DNA from: Callorhinchus milii | Taxonomy: Eukaryota | Assembly: GCF_018977255.1 (NCBI RefSeq) | Contig: NW_024704742.1 | Coordinates: 44,394,001 to 44,458,000 of the forward strand | Direction: 5' to 3' | Length of the DNA stretch: 64,000 bases | Shown: piece by piece, positions 13,761 to 26,650 of the stretch | Numbering within the stretch: position 1 is the stretch's first letter | Layout: every line of letters starts with the position of its first letter | Notes under the pieces: model-generated | Told to the model about the DNA's origin: nothing | Databases searched by the model: none | Seen by the model: only the letters and a program-made list of their open reading frames with translations | Program-made: the position numbers and the translations under genes

Positions 13761-13859
13761 TCTTTAATGGTTCGCTACAAATGCCTCCTCTTTAGTGAAG
13801 TCAGGAAGAAGTTCCACTGGGTCTCCACATTCTAGTTTCTTAACATTTGAGTGCATATT

Positions 13860-14705
13860 CTCAAACTCTGTTCTTGATCCTCTCCTTTTTAATATTTACA
13901 TGTTCCCGCTTGGTGTGGACATCAGCAGACATGTTGTTAACTTTCACATGTCTGCAGATGACACCCAACTCTATCTCTCTGCCTCCACCCTCGATTCCAG
14001 GACCACTGCTGTTCTGACTGATTACCTATTGCTCAAGTCCTGGATGAGTTCTAACATTCTTCAGTTGAAAGTTGAGAAGATGGAGGATCTCCTCCTTGCC
14101 TCCTTCAAGACCTGTCTGAAGACCTTCCCCTTTGACCACGCCTTCAATCACCCTTCTTCCTCCTCTGCTCTCCATCCTCCCCAAACCCCGACCCCCAGCT
14201 CAGGTCTGAAATTGATTGTCCAGCACCTTGGGGCATCCTCCCAATGTGAAAGGTGCTATACAAATGTAATTTTGTTGTTGTTGTAGGCTCCACGAGCCTA
14301 ACCCCCCACACACACATTCTCTCCTGGCTGCATTGGCTTCTCCTCCTCCAGAGTTCAAAATCCTCACCTTAACCTTTAAATCCCTCCATGGTTTCACCCA
14401 CGCTACCTCTGCAACTTCCTCAAAAATTACAAACCTGGTCACTCCCTTCCCTCAGCGGGCAGCAGCCGGCTTCACCCCACCATCACCGTATCCGCCCCCA
14501 CTCTCTGGAACTCCATCCCCAAATCCCTTTGTCTCGCTTCCTTTAAGATCAGCCTCAAAACTTTTCTCTTTGACCGTGCTTTCGGACATCTTTCCTACCC
14601 TCAACCCCACCAACTCAGCCCCCCACCCCAGCTCAGGTGCAAATTTTAGATTGTCCAAATGCCTTGGGACGTGAAAGACATTATATAAATGTAAATTTGT
14701 ATTAT
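13860..14705 (+). mobile_element. Two tandem decayed L2 fragments, each ending in its own tail (~14284 and ~14705)
   Basis: [40 protein letters not shown]; two GTGAAAG..TATA.AAATGTAA tails. Confidence 0.85.
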
Positions 14706-16249
14706 ATTTGCATACAGACTTTGGCAAATTCTTAAATTCTGTCTTAATTTTGAATGCAAGTTTCTATAGTTCTTATAACCTCAGGTCAGGCTTCAAAATT
14801 GTACTGAGTTTAGGAAATTACCAAGTTCTGAACACTCTGAAGTGTTATTTTGGGTGCCTAAACCTGACTGAGAAAAGCAAAAGGCAGATCGGAAGTAATG
14901 TAAAACAACAAACCTGATACCAGTTGGAATTTTGAAAATGTTTTGTTAACAAGGGTTCTGTTAATCCAGGAACAGTAATTAATTTGTGGTATTTCTTAAA
15001 CCATTCCTTTTGGTAATTAAGACTAAGGATATATTAAGGCAAACTGCAAATATTGGCCCTTTATTTCTTTATGGCTCTTTTTTTTCTGTTTCTGTAGCTT
15101 TTCTACCTTCCAGCTTCACATAAAGAAATTAAGTGGAATTATTCCTTTCCTGTAGATCATGACTAAAATGTTATATAAGGTGCTCTATTTCTGATAGGTA
15201 CAATTGATGATGGAACATAGTGATCCGTCTTCAGAAAAATCTGCTGACGTAGTTTCATGTTAAGCCTGATTCTTAAACCAATAGATCTCTTTCTTTAGCG
15301 TAACAAATTTGATGGCTTTAACATCAAACGAGGAGGGACAGCTCAACATGTTGATTTCACCCGAGCTGTCGTGACAATGATTTTCTGGGGGTTAGCTCCT
15401 GGAAAACCAGTATGAATAAGCTGGACTGTTCAACGATGGCCTGCAGCCAGAATGTCAATTTTTCTGTAGCTAAAATTCAAGTGGGAATAGATAAAACTCA
15501 TCACACATATGGCTGGTCAGTTTGCAAGCAGTGCAGTGTGATAGCTGTCAGAATGTCTACATTAGCATTTTTCACATGTAACATATAATAAAAAAGTAAT
15601 GCACAAATTTGCTGGTGGGCACATTCTATATAAAAAAATCTATTAATGTGTATTACTACTTGGATTATTAAATTAGTCTTTTTATTGCTGCAGTCAAGAA
15701 CACTAATGGTGTGTTTTACTGAACAGATTCCCTTCATAAATTCTTTCGTTTCTTACAGTAAGCTGTAAATCAATAGCAGCTAACTCCTGGGGCAGAGAAC
15801 ATTGACAGCAGCACAAAATTCTCTTCATGTCCACACCACTTTCAATGTCATCTGTAGCCTGAAGACAGAAGTGTCTTATAGGATGTCATTTTCTTTCTCG
15901 GTTATTAAGCTATGTCAGCACCTCCTTCAAAATGCCAGTGCACCCTCCCTTTATGTTTATCTTTCACAGCCTGTCTGCGCCTCAGCCTTTTCCTTTCATT
16001 GCTGTTTGTCTGATTACCTTCACTGCTCCACAGCAGTGATTTTATACTGTTCCTCCATTTTAACTTCAATCTTATTATATATGTCTTTTCACTCATTCTT
16101 TCTCAGTAATTTTTTTTAGTCATTCTGGTTTTGTTAATGTGATCATCAATTTATCCTTATGCATCTGCTCATTCTGCCTGCTTGATGTTCATATCAAATC
16201 TATCCTACAGTTACGCCATTTATTGTTTTTCCTCCTTAATGAATCTGTG

Positions 16250-17738
16250 CTCCTAGGGATGCCACAGGGAGGCTTCCTCTGACCCATCTGCAAAGTCCAG
16301 GATTTGTGGCAAATACGGGAAGCGGCTACAGGGAGAGAGGGCTCTGGCCTACACTGACCTTTAGTTAAGCATCTTGGAAGCGAAGTCAGCTTCACAGTGG
16401 GCATGTCTATTTGCCAAGGACCCTCGCATGAGGACCAGGATTGAGCAGCTGTTACTGAGTAAGCCTGGTACATGGCATTGGACTTGGACCTCACGAACAT
16501 CAAGGCACGTCACAATCTGCCCTGTAAAGGTCCTCCCATCACACTGAAGGCAGATGCCCACCAGATAGCTGATAAGGAAACTCTGAGGCTTGGGGTGACA
16601 GTTGCTGGAAGACGTTACCTGGAGTCCGAGTTTGTGAACACACGTTCGTACATCCAATGCCTGGAATCCACCTTGATTGGCCTGCAGACTCCACACCTCC
16701 AATTGGTGGATCCATCGCTCAAAAGGAAGAGATGTGTGCCTGAGCTGCGGTCAGGAAGATGGTGGCAATGTTTTCACCCATTTCATGCTGAGATGCATTG
16801 CTCAGCAGGAAACTTGCAGGGAGTTCTTTGTACCTACCATCCACCTAGTGAGGACTCAAACCGACACTTGTTTGATGTCGAATGAACAACTAGTGACTAT
16901 CCTCCTTGGGTGGGAGGTAAGTGGGGTCTCCTTGGAGCTGAACTGGCTCCAAGGTGACATGCCTAACCATGGAATGTCGGTATTGAGCCAACTCTCTGTG
17001 GTGGTCCCGATAGCCCGGTTCCTGAGCCAGGCGGGTCCGCAGTATTCCAGGGCACTGTTGATGACAGCGCAGCCAGTCTGCTCATCGGCAGGATCTGGAA
17101 GTGCAGACCAGTCACTGGGGGCAGGGATTCATTCCACTCAGCTCCTATTAACCCTGCAAGCCAAAGCTTTAACAGGTAGGGTGGTCCTAGCTGGACAAGA
17201 AGTGGGAAAGCTTGCTGCACAGCAAAATCAATGGCAAGCTATATGGTTTTAGCTGGTTGGACTCCAGCAGCACCCCAACACACACTCTGGGGTCCCCAAG
17301 CCTTGGCTCTTACCAACCTGCACCTAATACTTTCCGGAATTAGGTACAACAACAACAACAAGATTCCATTTATAAAGCGCCTTTCACGTCAGGAGGACGT
17401 CCCAAGGCGCTGCACAGTTGGGTCATGACCCGAGCAGGGGGGAAATGGTCAGGGTGAGGGGAGGGAAGGGAGGGAGCGAGGAGGGGGGAAATGGTCAGGG
17501 TGAGGGGAGGGAAGGGAGGGAGCGAGGAGGGGGAAGAGAGTCGAGAGGGGAGCTGAAGGCTCGGTCAAAGAGAAAAGGTAAGCAGGATATGTCCCTCTAG
17601 GGTGAGAGTGAATCTATTTCTGGGATTTCCATGTGTAGGTGGGATGCATGGAAATCTCAGCTTGGATAGGATACTCTTAAGCATGCTGATGGGTTTCTGG
17701 ATGTGTCAGACACTCAGCTGACCAAAAAACAAAAAAAT
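16250..17738 (+). mobile_element. Unclassified LINE-like element 3' region (CCHC knuckle, long 3' UTR, A-rich end)
   Basis: CLSCGQEDGGNVFTHFMLRC...LVTILLG in ORF 16677-17252; ends ccaaaaaacaaaaaaa; 4 other copies in the window. Confidence 0.65.
17347..17575 (-). mobile_element. Very short young L2 3' end with 5-bp TSD (AGGTA)
   Basis: Near-identical to 59973-60200; AGGTA at 17342-17346 and 17576-17580. Confidence 0.92.
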
Positions 17739-18129
17739 GTCTGTCTCCTTTTATGTATAAATATTTATTTGTGTTTCTTTTTATTACAGTATTTTGAACT
17801 CTGTATCTGACTTGTACGTCCTAAACAGTTCCCTGATGATGATCTTGTTGGAACAAGCAAATTGATAAAATGAACAATAGACTTGAAAGAGGCACTTATG
17901 AGTACATTAATTTGTTTTGCTTTCCGGTGTTAACTTGATTATCTCAGTTTAAATTATACTGTAAGCAATTCTTTGTAGATCTGTGACTGAAGCTTTAATT
18001 TGCATCAGCAATATGTTGTCATTCGGCTTATTAATTCAGTTGAAACACACAATTTATAGAGGAAAGTAGGAATCCTTGCAGTTGTTTCTAGACTTAAAAT
18101 TATATATGTATATTTTCTCTTTTATGAAA

Positions 18130-18495
18130 AACTGTGTTTCTCCAAGCCAGGGAGAAAAGGGAGCTGACTGTGGATACAGCCAAAAAAGCAAGGCTTCAGG
18201 TGTGATCTGAAGATGGATAAAGAGGGAGCAAGAACGATGGGATTGAGGCAAGGGGTTCCAGAGGTTTGAAGCACAGACGCTGATAGTGGAGGAGAGAGGT
18301 AGAGGGATATGCAGAAGCCCCGAGCCAACTGAATAAATTGGGCAGGGAGAGGAGTGGACTGTGAGCAGGTCGGAGAGGTAGAGAGGTGCTTGGGCATGAA
18401 GTGATTTGTATGTGAGTGTGAGGATCTTGAAATCACTCCATTCTGTGATGGGGAGCCAATGGAGCCTGGCAAGGCCTGGTGTGATGGGTGTATGA
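18130..18495 (-). mobile_element. Old L2 3' fragment
   Basis: Decayed match to the LHWLPI..FKIL..LKT region. Confidence 0.65.
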
Positions 18496-19811
18496 AACGT
18501 TAATTTTTAAAAAATTTCTCCCCATTGACATATATGTGCCTCTGCTCCTGATCCAAAGTCACTTCTATCTGGAGCATGATTCCACAGGCACTTTGGTATT
18601 CAGCTCAAGTGGTCATTATGGGAGACTGGCGAGTTAGTATTGGCAGTCCATTCAACTGCAGATCACATCAAGGTCAAGCCTGACCTCTCCTCACTTAGCT
18701 GCCACGATGGAGAGTGCTGTAGAGAGATCAATAATAGGAACCCTGGCTGGTCCCTGTGGTTCACCACTTTCAGAAACCCTTTATTATGAAGCACATTTGT
18801 GTGGATGAGGACAGGCTCAGTTCTGTAGCCCTGGAGTCTGTAAACACTCATTGTCAGGACTCACATATGGCCACTTGGGTGATATGCCATAGGATGCTTG
18901 GCAAACAATGGAAGAACAATGAGTCAAACACCTACAGGAGAGGAGGAGAGAAAATTGGAGGAAAATTTAATGGTGAATATTTGTGAAACAAAATATAATG
19001 AGGAGAAATAATCTGAATCAAAAGTAATATTATAAGTAATATCATTGGAAAAGGTTGAATGAAGCTCTGCTAATAATTATACCAATAATAGTGTGAACAA
19101 GTGCCGGGGTTCTTTCCTGTTCTTTATAAGTTGAGAACAACAGGAAGGAATTTTAGAAGATACTCAGCTTTACAAATGCATCTGTGATGTTTGCAGGAAG
19201 CACCACTTTCACGGGAATCACAACTCCAACATCTTTCCAACTGAATATATGTAAACATTTCTATGTGACTTATGCCACATTTGTTTTACTAGATGTCATG
19301 AGGTGTTATTTTCTTTACAAATCAGAGGCAATTCCTTTTGCAACAACTTCTGTAGTGTCAACATTTCTTTGCCCTGCCGATGATAGATTTTTTTAGGGGA
19401 AAAATGGCTCAAGGTTATTTATTTTGTTCTTTTGAATCTTCAGCAAGGAACAGTTATAGGCAGAAGCTGGAGATGTGGGTGTCAGTAACTTCTATCGGTC
19501 AAAGCTTGCAGAGATTATGAAAGAATGTTTGCTATAAAATGAACAATGCCAATTGAATGGATATGCTACATAATGAAATGCTTATATTGTGTAACTGAAG
19601 ACATGAGTCATGTACTAAAACTCTGACTCGTCCTTCTAACAGTGAATTCAAGGGCCTAAGGAAATGTGACTGTATAAAATGCATTCATCTGAGAGTATTA
19701 TCCAATTTTAGCGTGAAGATAATAAAGCTCAAAATAAAATGGATTTAAATCTTCAAGCCCTTAGGAACTTAGAAAAGTGAAGAAATTATTTCCAAAAATT
19801 TGGAATCAAGA

Positions 19812-20622
19812 TTCATAGATTTTCATAGAATGTTACGGCACAGAAGGAGGCCATTTGGCCCATCGAGTCTGTGCTGGCTCTTTGACAGAGCAAGTCACTT
19901 TCACTAACCCCAATCACCAGCTTTTTCCGCATAACCCTGCAAACCCGTCTTCCCCAGGTACCTTCAGTTCGCTCTTAAAGGCTGTTATCGAATCGGACTT
20001 CACTACCCTTTCAGGCAGATCATTCCAAATTCGAACAACTCGCTGAGTGAAAACATTTCTTCTAACCTCCCCTCTGCTTCTTTTGGTAGATCTCTTAAGA
20101 CTGTGACCACGGGTCACAGACACACCTACCAGCGGAAACAGCTTTTCCTTATCTAGCCTGTCGAAACCTTTCATGATGTTGATCTATCAGGTCCCCGCGT
20201 AACCTTCTCTGCTCTAATGGGAAAAGTCCTAACGTCTCCAGCCTGTCCTCATAGCTAAGGTTCCCCACTCCTAGTATCATTCTCGTGAATCTCCTCTGCA
20301 CTCTTTCCAGTGCCTCAATATCCTTCCTGAATTAAGGTGCCCAGAAATGGACGCAGTACTCCAGCTGAGGCCTAACCAGTGTTTTGTATAGATTAACCAT
20401 AACCTCCTTACTCTTATACTCTATGCCCCTACTAATAAAGCTCAGTACACCAAATGCCTTTTTTACTGCCTTATCTACCTGCTTCGCTACCTTTAATGAT
20501 TCGCTTACTTGAACACCCAGATCTCTCTGTACGTTCACCCCCCTTAAGATTGAGTTACCAAGTCTATATTGCCTCCTATCATTTTTCCTACCTAAGCGTA
20601 TCACCTCACACTTATCCTCATT
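19812..20622 (-). mobile_element. 5'-truncated CR1-clade LINE
   Basis: ORFs 20332-20691 (LYKTLVRPQLEYCVHFWAP) and 19914-20174 (FTQRVVRIWNDLPE); CATAGA repeats at the 3' end. Confidence 0.93.
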
Positions 20623-20824
20623 GAATATCAAGATGCACTTGAGATAAAATAAATAAAAATTGGATCTGAGCTGACTGACCGAAGAGAACAAGTTTCAAAC
20701 ATTTACTGCTCATGTGGTTAAAGCTTCAGATATGCCAGAGATGTGATTGAGTAAAGCAGAAATGGACAAATCAACTATTTCTTGTCCCAACACCACAATA
20801 ATAATAATAGACCTGTAGCTAAGT

Positions 20825-21213
20825 GGGGAGTCCTGTAGCTTAGTGGTTAGAGCGCTAACCTCACAAGGGACAGGCCCTCGGTTCGATTCCCGGGCAGGGC
20901 GAAATGCTGGGCAAGTTTCCTTACTCCACATGCCTGTTTATCTAGCAGTAAGTAGCATCCAGTTGTTAGTCGATTTGTGAATCGCTTTCCGGGGCTAATA
21001 ATCCCTTCAAAAAAAATAATAATAATAATAATCATAATTTGGTCACTCAAACCACAGCTGTTTGTGGGACACTGCTGTGCGCAATTAGCTTCTGTGTTTC
21101 GCCCATGAAAATATACAGTCAATTCACTTTAGAGTATATTCTGTAAAGTGCTTTGAGCCATCTTGAAGATATGATAAGGTGCTATATCATACGCAAGGAT
21201 TATTATTATTATT
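20825..21213 (+). mobile_element. tRNA-derived SINE with Deu-like domain and L2-type tail (long form)
   Basis: A box (tagcttagtgg), B box (ggttcgattcc), tgtttgtgggacactgctgtgcgcaatt core, (ATT)n tail. Confidence 0.9.
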
Positions 21214-21600
21214 AATAACCTTTGCATTTGATACTGTCATATATTTGAGATGCCTCAAAATACTTCACAGGATACACTGTGACTTGGTGTGACCGTGTAT
21301 TTTGTGGGCGAATGCAGCAGCAAATTTGCGCACAGCAATGCCCACAAACAGCCAAGGAATGATTGACTGATTTTATTTTGGGGTTTCTCCCAGGACACTC
21401 TCTTTTCAAATACAGCAGTGCCATGGGATCTTTAACATCCACCTGACTGGGACCTTAGTTTAAGGTCTCATCCGAAGTATGGTATCTCCAACAATGCAGC
21501 ATACCCCAGCACTGCACTGGAGTGTCAGCATTGACTGTATGGTTTCCAAATCCTGAGATGAGGATTGAACTCATGAGTTTCTAACAAGAACTATGATTAT
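21214..21600 (-). mobile_element. Older Deu-domain SINE, tail-to-tail with the SINE at 20825
   Basis: agtgccatgggatctttaacatccacctg, cagcactgcactggagtgtcagc. Confidence 0.75.
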
Positions 21601-21754
21601 CAATTGAGAAATTTAGGCCTCCCAGGCCCCCCAAGGTATCTGTTAGTTGGTAAACTTCCTGACCTGTATGCGCTTACAATTGCATTTCCTTATTATAGTA
21701 TATACCAACTAACTTTGTAATAGAACAGAGTTTGGAACCAGCAATGTGGGAGCT

Positions 21755-22191
21755 TGTTAAGTGATGAAGTTGAAGTGTACTGTACCCGCTTCACTTCTGC
21801 CACCTCCCTACCTCTCCGACCTCCTCACTCCCCAGAGCCTGTGCAGTATAAAAGCTATTACCCAATTCCTCAATCCCTCAGGCTGGGAACAGTACCTTGC
21901 AGCCTTGGGGCACAAAGCTGGGAAGAACAAAATAAGTCTACAGCCTAGCCACAAGGCCAACCTTGATGTGGATTGAATGATATGCAATGAGAGTGAGATG
22001 CATTAAACCAACTACAAACCCAGACACTTGGAAACCTCTGGACTTGCTGGAGATAGCTGAGTGCTGTATGTTGTCTGCTGCGAATCATGGATGGACCACT
22101 GAGATCTTAGTACTGAACAATAAACCACCTGGTTCATAAATCGTGTCTCCACGTCTTTGTTTTGGTTTGATCTAGTCAGTGCTACTGTAAC
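21755..22191 (+). mobile_element. Possible decayed solo LTR
   Basis: TGTTAA...GTAAC ends, TATAAAA at ~21847, AATAAA at ~22119 followed by a GT-rich tract. Confidence 0.3.
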
Positions 22192-23224
22192 TCTACCAAT
22201 GGAATTTCAATTCAAGTGCAACACTTACTTTCCATAGTCACATCGCCCAAATTAATTGGTACAATATTTTGATTTACTTTTGTTTATTTTAATTTTTAAT
22301 CAGATAATGGCTTTAACTCTTTGTCCTCGTTATCCAGGAATATTGTTTGATTTGGGGAGAGAGTGAGTAATAAAACAAATGGAGCAGAATAACCTTTCAC
22401 AGAATGTGGAGTGCTTTTAATTGTAGTTTGATAAGAAACAGTTTTCCTTCGGGCTGCTTAATTTCAATAAACATATGGTGTGCTAACTCTTCATAATGAA
22501 TGTTAGCCTAAATACTAAACACCCAGTCTGGTGCAACAGCTAATTTACTGTAATTTCACTGTGTAAATGAACACATGGTGAGCCACTATTTTTGGAAATT
22601 GATATGGATAGAGGAAAAATTTGTGAACAGAATGTACAGTGAAAAGCTTCAGTGAGTTATTTAATGAGAGGACGTGGGAGTCTAATATTGAATTACTAAC
22701 ATTCAGTTCAACTCTTCTTATCCTTACTCAGAACAAAGTCAAACATAACCTCAAACAAATGCTTCTTATCTTAAAAATTTACTCTGATGCAGGAAGCTTG
22801 GTTCCTAAGGGTTCCTTATATGCTTCAAACACATGAAGAAAAAGCTAGGAGAGAGTACAAACAGATGTTCAGAATCCACGCTACTTACTATGATAAACAA
22901 TACATTATTATTAATTCTAGCTTTATAAATAGGAATGTGTGTTGTATTGGGGTTGAATGGGGAATTCTGAATTTCTAATTCTTGCCCACCACTACTCTAC
23001 GCTACAAGGAGGGACTAGCAGAGCTGAAATACGTTTTCATTGGAGAAAAGACGATTGAGAGGAAACGTGAACTGAAGGTTTAAAGTGAACTAGAAAACAT
23101 GGGTTCAGATTAAAGAATCTTCAAGTGAGCCTGGAGATTAAGAAGAAACATTTTCAGAGCATTTATGGAACAGACTACCTGACAATAGACTGAGATGATC
23201 AAATATTCCATAAAACATACTTGT

Positions 23225-24380
23225 TAGGTACTGTTGGATAGAGGGAATTAAGCAGGGTCTCCTTGGAGCTGAACTGACTCCAATATGACATGTTTGCCAA
23301 CAGAATGTCAGAATCAACCCTTTGTAGCAGTCTTAGTATTTCAATTCCTGAGCAAGGTGGGTCTTCAGTATTCCAGGGCACTGCTTACAACAGCATAGCC
23401 AGCCTGACTCATTGGCAGGACTTGGAAGAGCAGACCAGTGAGCGAGTAGGGGGTAGAGAGTCGAGAGGGGAGCTGAAGGCACAGTTGAAGAGAAAGGTCT
23501 TGAGACCGCCCTGAAGGAGGAAAGGGAGGAAGCAAGGCGAAGGCACTGGGGGATGGAGTTCCAGAGCCTAGGGGCTGAGAGGCTGAAGGCCCAGCCATCG
23601 ATGGTAGGGCGGTTGAGGCGGGGAATGTGGAGCAGAACGGAACCAGAGGAATGGAGGGTACGGGCAGGTAAGTAGGGGGATAGTAGGTCGGAGAGGTAGG
23701 AGGGAGCAAGGCCGTGAATGGCCTTGTAGGTGAGGATGAGGATCTTGAATTCGGTCCTCTGGGGGATGGGAAGCCAGTGGAGGCGAGCGAGGGTGGGAGT
23801 GATGTGGTCCCGAAGCCTGGTGCGGGACAGTACACGAGCTGCAGAGTTCTGAATGACCTGCAGCTTATGGAGGGAGGTGCCGGGAAGGCCGGCGAAGGAA
23901 GAGTTCCCATAGTCCAGCCTTGAGGTGATAAAGACGTGGACCAGTGTTTCAGCAGCGTGAGGGGTGAGGTAGTGCCGTAGTCTGGAGATATTCCGCAGGT
24001 GATGGAAGGCGGTGCCAGTTGTGGCGCGGATATGAGGAAGAAAGGACAGCTCAGGAACTCTTTGCACTCAGTTCCCATTATTCCTGCAAGCAAAACTCCT
24101 AATGGGTAGGGTAGTCCTAGCTGGACAAGCAATGGGAAAACTTGTCAGGCAGTACTTTCAATGGCAAGCTATGCAATTTTAGCTGGTTAGATTCCATCAG
24201 TACCCCAAATTACACTCTCGAGTCCCCAGGCCTTGGCTCTTGCCAAACTGCACCTAATATTTTCTGGAATTACGTAAGCAGGATAAGGCCATCCAGGGAG
24301 AGAGTGTGCATTCCATTCCAACAAATATCTTTGGAATATCTCTGGGATATCCACGTGTAGTTGGGATGCATGGAACTCCT
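23225..24380 (+). mobile_element. Copy of the unclassified LINE-like family, split by an L2 fragment
   Basis: gggtctccttggagctgaactg ... gtgtagttgggatgcatggaactc is shared with 16920-17660. Confidence 0.75.
23440..24055 (-). mobile_element. Internal young L2 fragment lacking both 5' end and 3' tail
   Basis: ORF 23333-24067 gives PELSFLPHI...SRLDYGN...LHWLPI; no stem-loop or (TTG)n tail. Confidence 0.92.
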
Positions 24381-26229
24381 TGCAGCTTCCACAAGTAAAG
24401 TAAGATTACATGTACCTTTTTTTTAGATTTGTTGGTTGGAGAGGGATGAGCATGATTGCCTTTTCTTGCTTAGTGCCTTTCAGCATTCATTGCTTTTAGT
24501 ATTCATAATGCGCGACTGTGCATTCTTATGTTATTCTGAATGCTTTGCGCTTGGATTTTAATGGCAATAAGACATGAATGGGAAGCAGAAGTTTCAGAAT
24601 ATCATTCCTGGTATAGAGTCCTATTGCACTCCAATTAAGTAAGCATTCTCTGGAATATTGTATAGCTCAGTCCAAGCGAATTCAATCAAGTTTTCAGAAA
24701 GTCAATATTATTTTGAAATTTACATAGTTTTTCTATACAAAGAACAAGATTATGTTGTGGCGAGTGGAGCGTATAAATTGAAAATATACTGTGTGGATCA
24801 TGAAATATACTGAGATGTGCGTGTGTGATATAATTTTATGTTATTACCTCATTTACCAAAGGGTTAACTGAAGAATTACAATTACATTCTCCAAGAATCA
24901 TCATCTTCACAGTATTGAGCAAAGCATAGGGACAAGCATCATTTTTCCACTTGCAATAGGCTCATTGTTACCAAAAAAATAGGAAATGACTTGTTCAGCC
25001 AAGACTCTCTAATCTAGAAAAGGCATAAAAAGCAAAACTCTTGCAGTCTTATTATTTTACTGACGGTGAAGGAAAACTATTGACCCACACAATGAAATGC
25101 AGATGCAAATTACTGATCAAGCAATAAAACTGGATGGGTAATCCATCAATGGAGAATTCATGTTCTGCAGGATCACCACAGAAAGAGAATGAAATAACCT
25201 GATAGAGTATAACACTATGTTCTAACTGAACCCTTTCTTGGGTATGATTGGAAAACAAATGGAAGACAAAATAAAGATGTACATTTAAAAACATTTTTCT
25301 CCACGCCTCAAATGAAGGCTGTAAATCATATTGGTTAAACAGAGGAATAGGATTTAAGATATTTTACCCAGCAAATTTTTTCTGCCATTTTTTAAGATTG
25401 TGGCAGATCTTTTAATCTGATTTCATTGCCTCTTCCATTTAATAGCTTACTTCCCAAGTATCTAAAATAACAATTTGCATTTATATAGCACTCTTCACAT
25501 GGGATAGGGTCCTGTCTATCCATCTTGTTTTAAAACATCCTAAATGATTCTGCCTCTAAGGTTTTCTGGAACAGTGAATTCCTCATTCTAACAACCTTTT
25601 TGTGTGAAGAAAGATTTTCTGATTTCACTTTCATAGCACGGTGCATGGTAATAGTTCTATGGTCACTCCCAGTCCTTGAGTATCTCACACAACTAAATCT
25701 TCATGCACGAGTCTAGTTAACAGAATGTCAATGGACATCTGAATGTGTGGAGCACCACTGCATGGGCTGATTATGGTCTTACCCAAAATTCACACGTGGG
25801 CACATGAATAGGATCCTTAGTTGATTTCCTTCTCTTCAGTCTTATTCCCAATCTGTTGTAAAAAGCAACCTGCTAAAAAGAAAATCCTTCATTTTGTAAG
25901 CTATTTACTCCTCATGCGTTCAAGACTGTGTTGATAAGGGCAAAGGGCACTCTGGTTGTTTTTATCTCTCTTCAATCACAGTAAGGTCTGAATGCAGGCT
26001 AAGCTTGTGATGTGTATGTATGAAGTGTGCCCAAGCAGTTCTTCTTTAAGGTTCTGAGCTCATGGGGATAAAGTGGAGGGAGTTCATTTGGCTCATATGT
26101 AAAGTCCAAGATCAAGCAGTCAATTGGATTGTAGTAAATGGGGAGCACTGCAGAGAGGGTGGGCTCCATCCTACTATGACCACTGCAGAGCACCCTGGAA
26201 GTGGAGTTAGATTCATGACATGTCCATTT

Positions 26230-26465
26230 GTCAAAGTCCCTCACACAAGGACATGGATTAAGCAGTTAAGTGTTTAGGAAGCCTAGTACTTGCCTACTGC
26301 TCTCCAGAATTAGGTAAGAAGGACACATCCCTCCAAGGAGACTGTGTATTCCATTCTAGATGCAGGGACCTTTCTATGAGTAGGTGGAATACATACGTGA
26401 AAGTTTCAGTCTGGTTTGGATTCACTTAAGCACAGTGATGGGTTTCCACATGTATCATATCTTGC
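26230..26465 (+). mobile_element. Short 3' copy of the unclassified LINE-like family
   Basis: ccagaattaggtaagaaggacacatccctccaagg...gatgggtttccacatgt. Confidence 0.6.
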
Positions 26466-26474
26466 CTCAACCAA

Positions 26475-26650
26475 CACCCCGCAGGAAATTCCACATCCTA
26501 ACAACCCAATGTGTAAAAAATATCCTGACAATCTCCCGATTAATAATTATCTTAACTTGATGCCCTCTAGTCACTGACTCACCAACCAGTGGAAATAATT
26601 GCTCCCTAAAAACTCTATCAGGACCTCTCATAATTTGAAAGACCTCATTA
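26475..26650 (-). mobile_element. CR1 3' fragment
   Basis: EVFQIMRGPDRVFREQLFPLVGESVTRGH. Confidence 0.75.

Noticed and set aside
20825..20900. tRNA gene
   Set aside because: A/B boxes belong to a SINE head that continues into the core and L2-type tail; multiple decayed copies exist.
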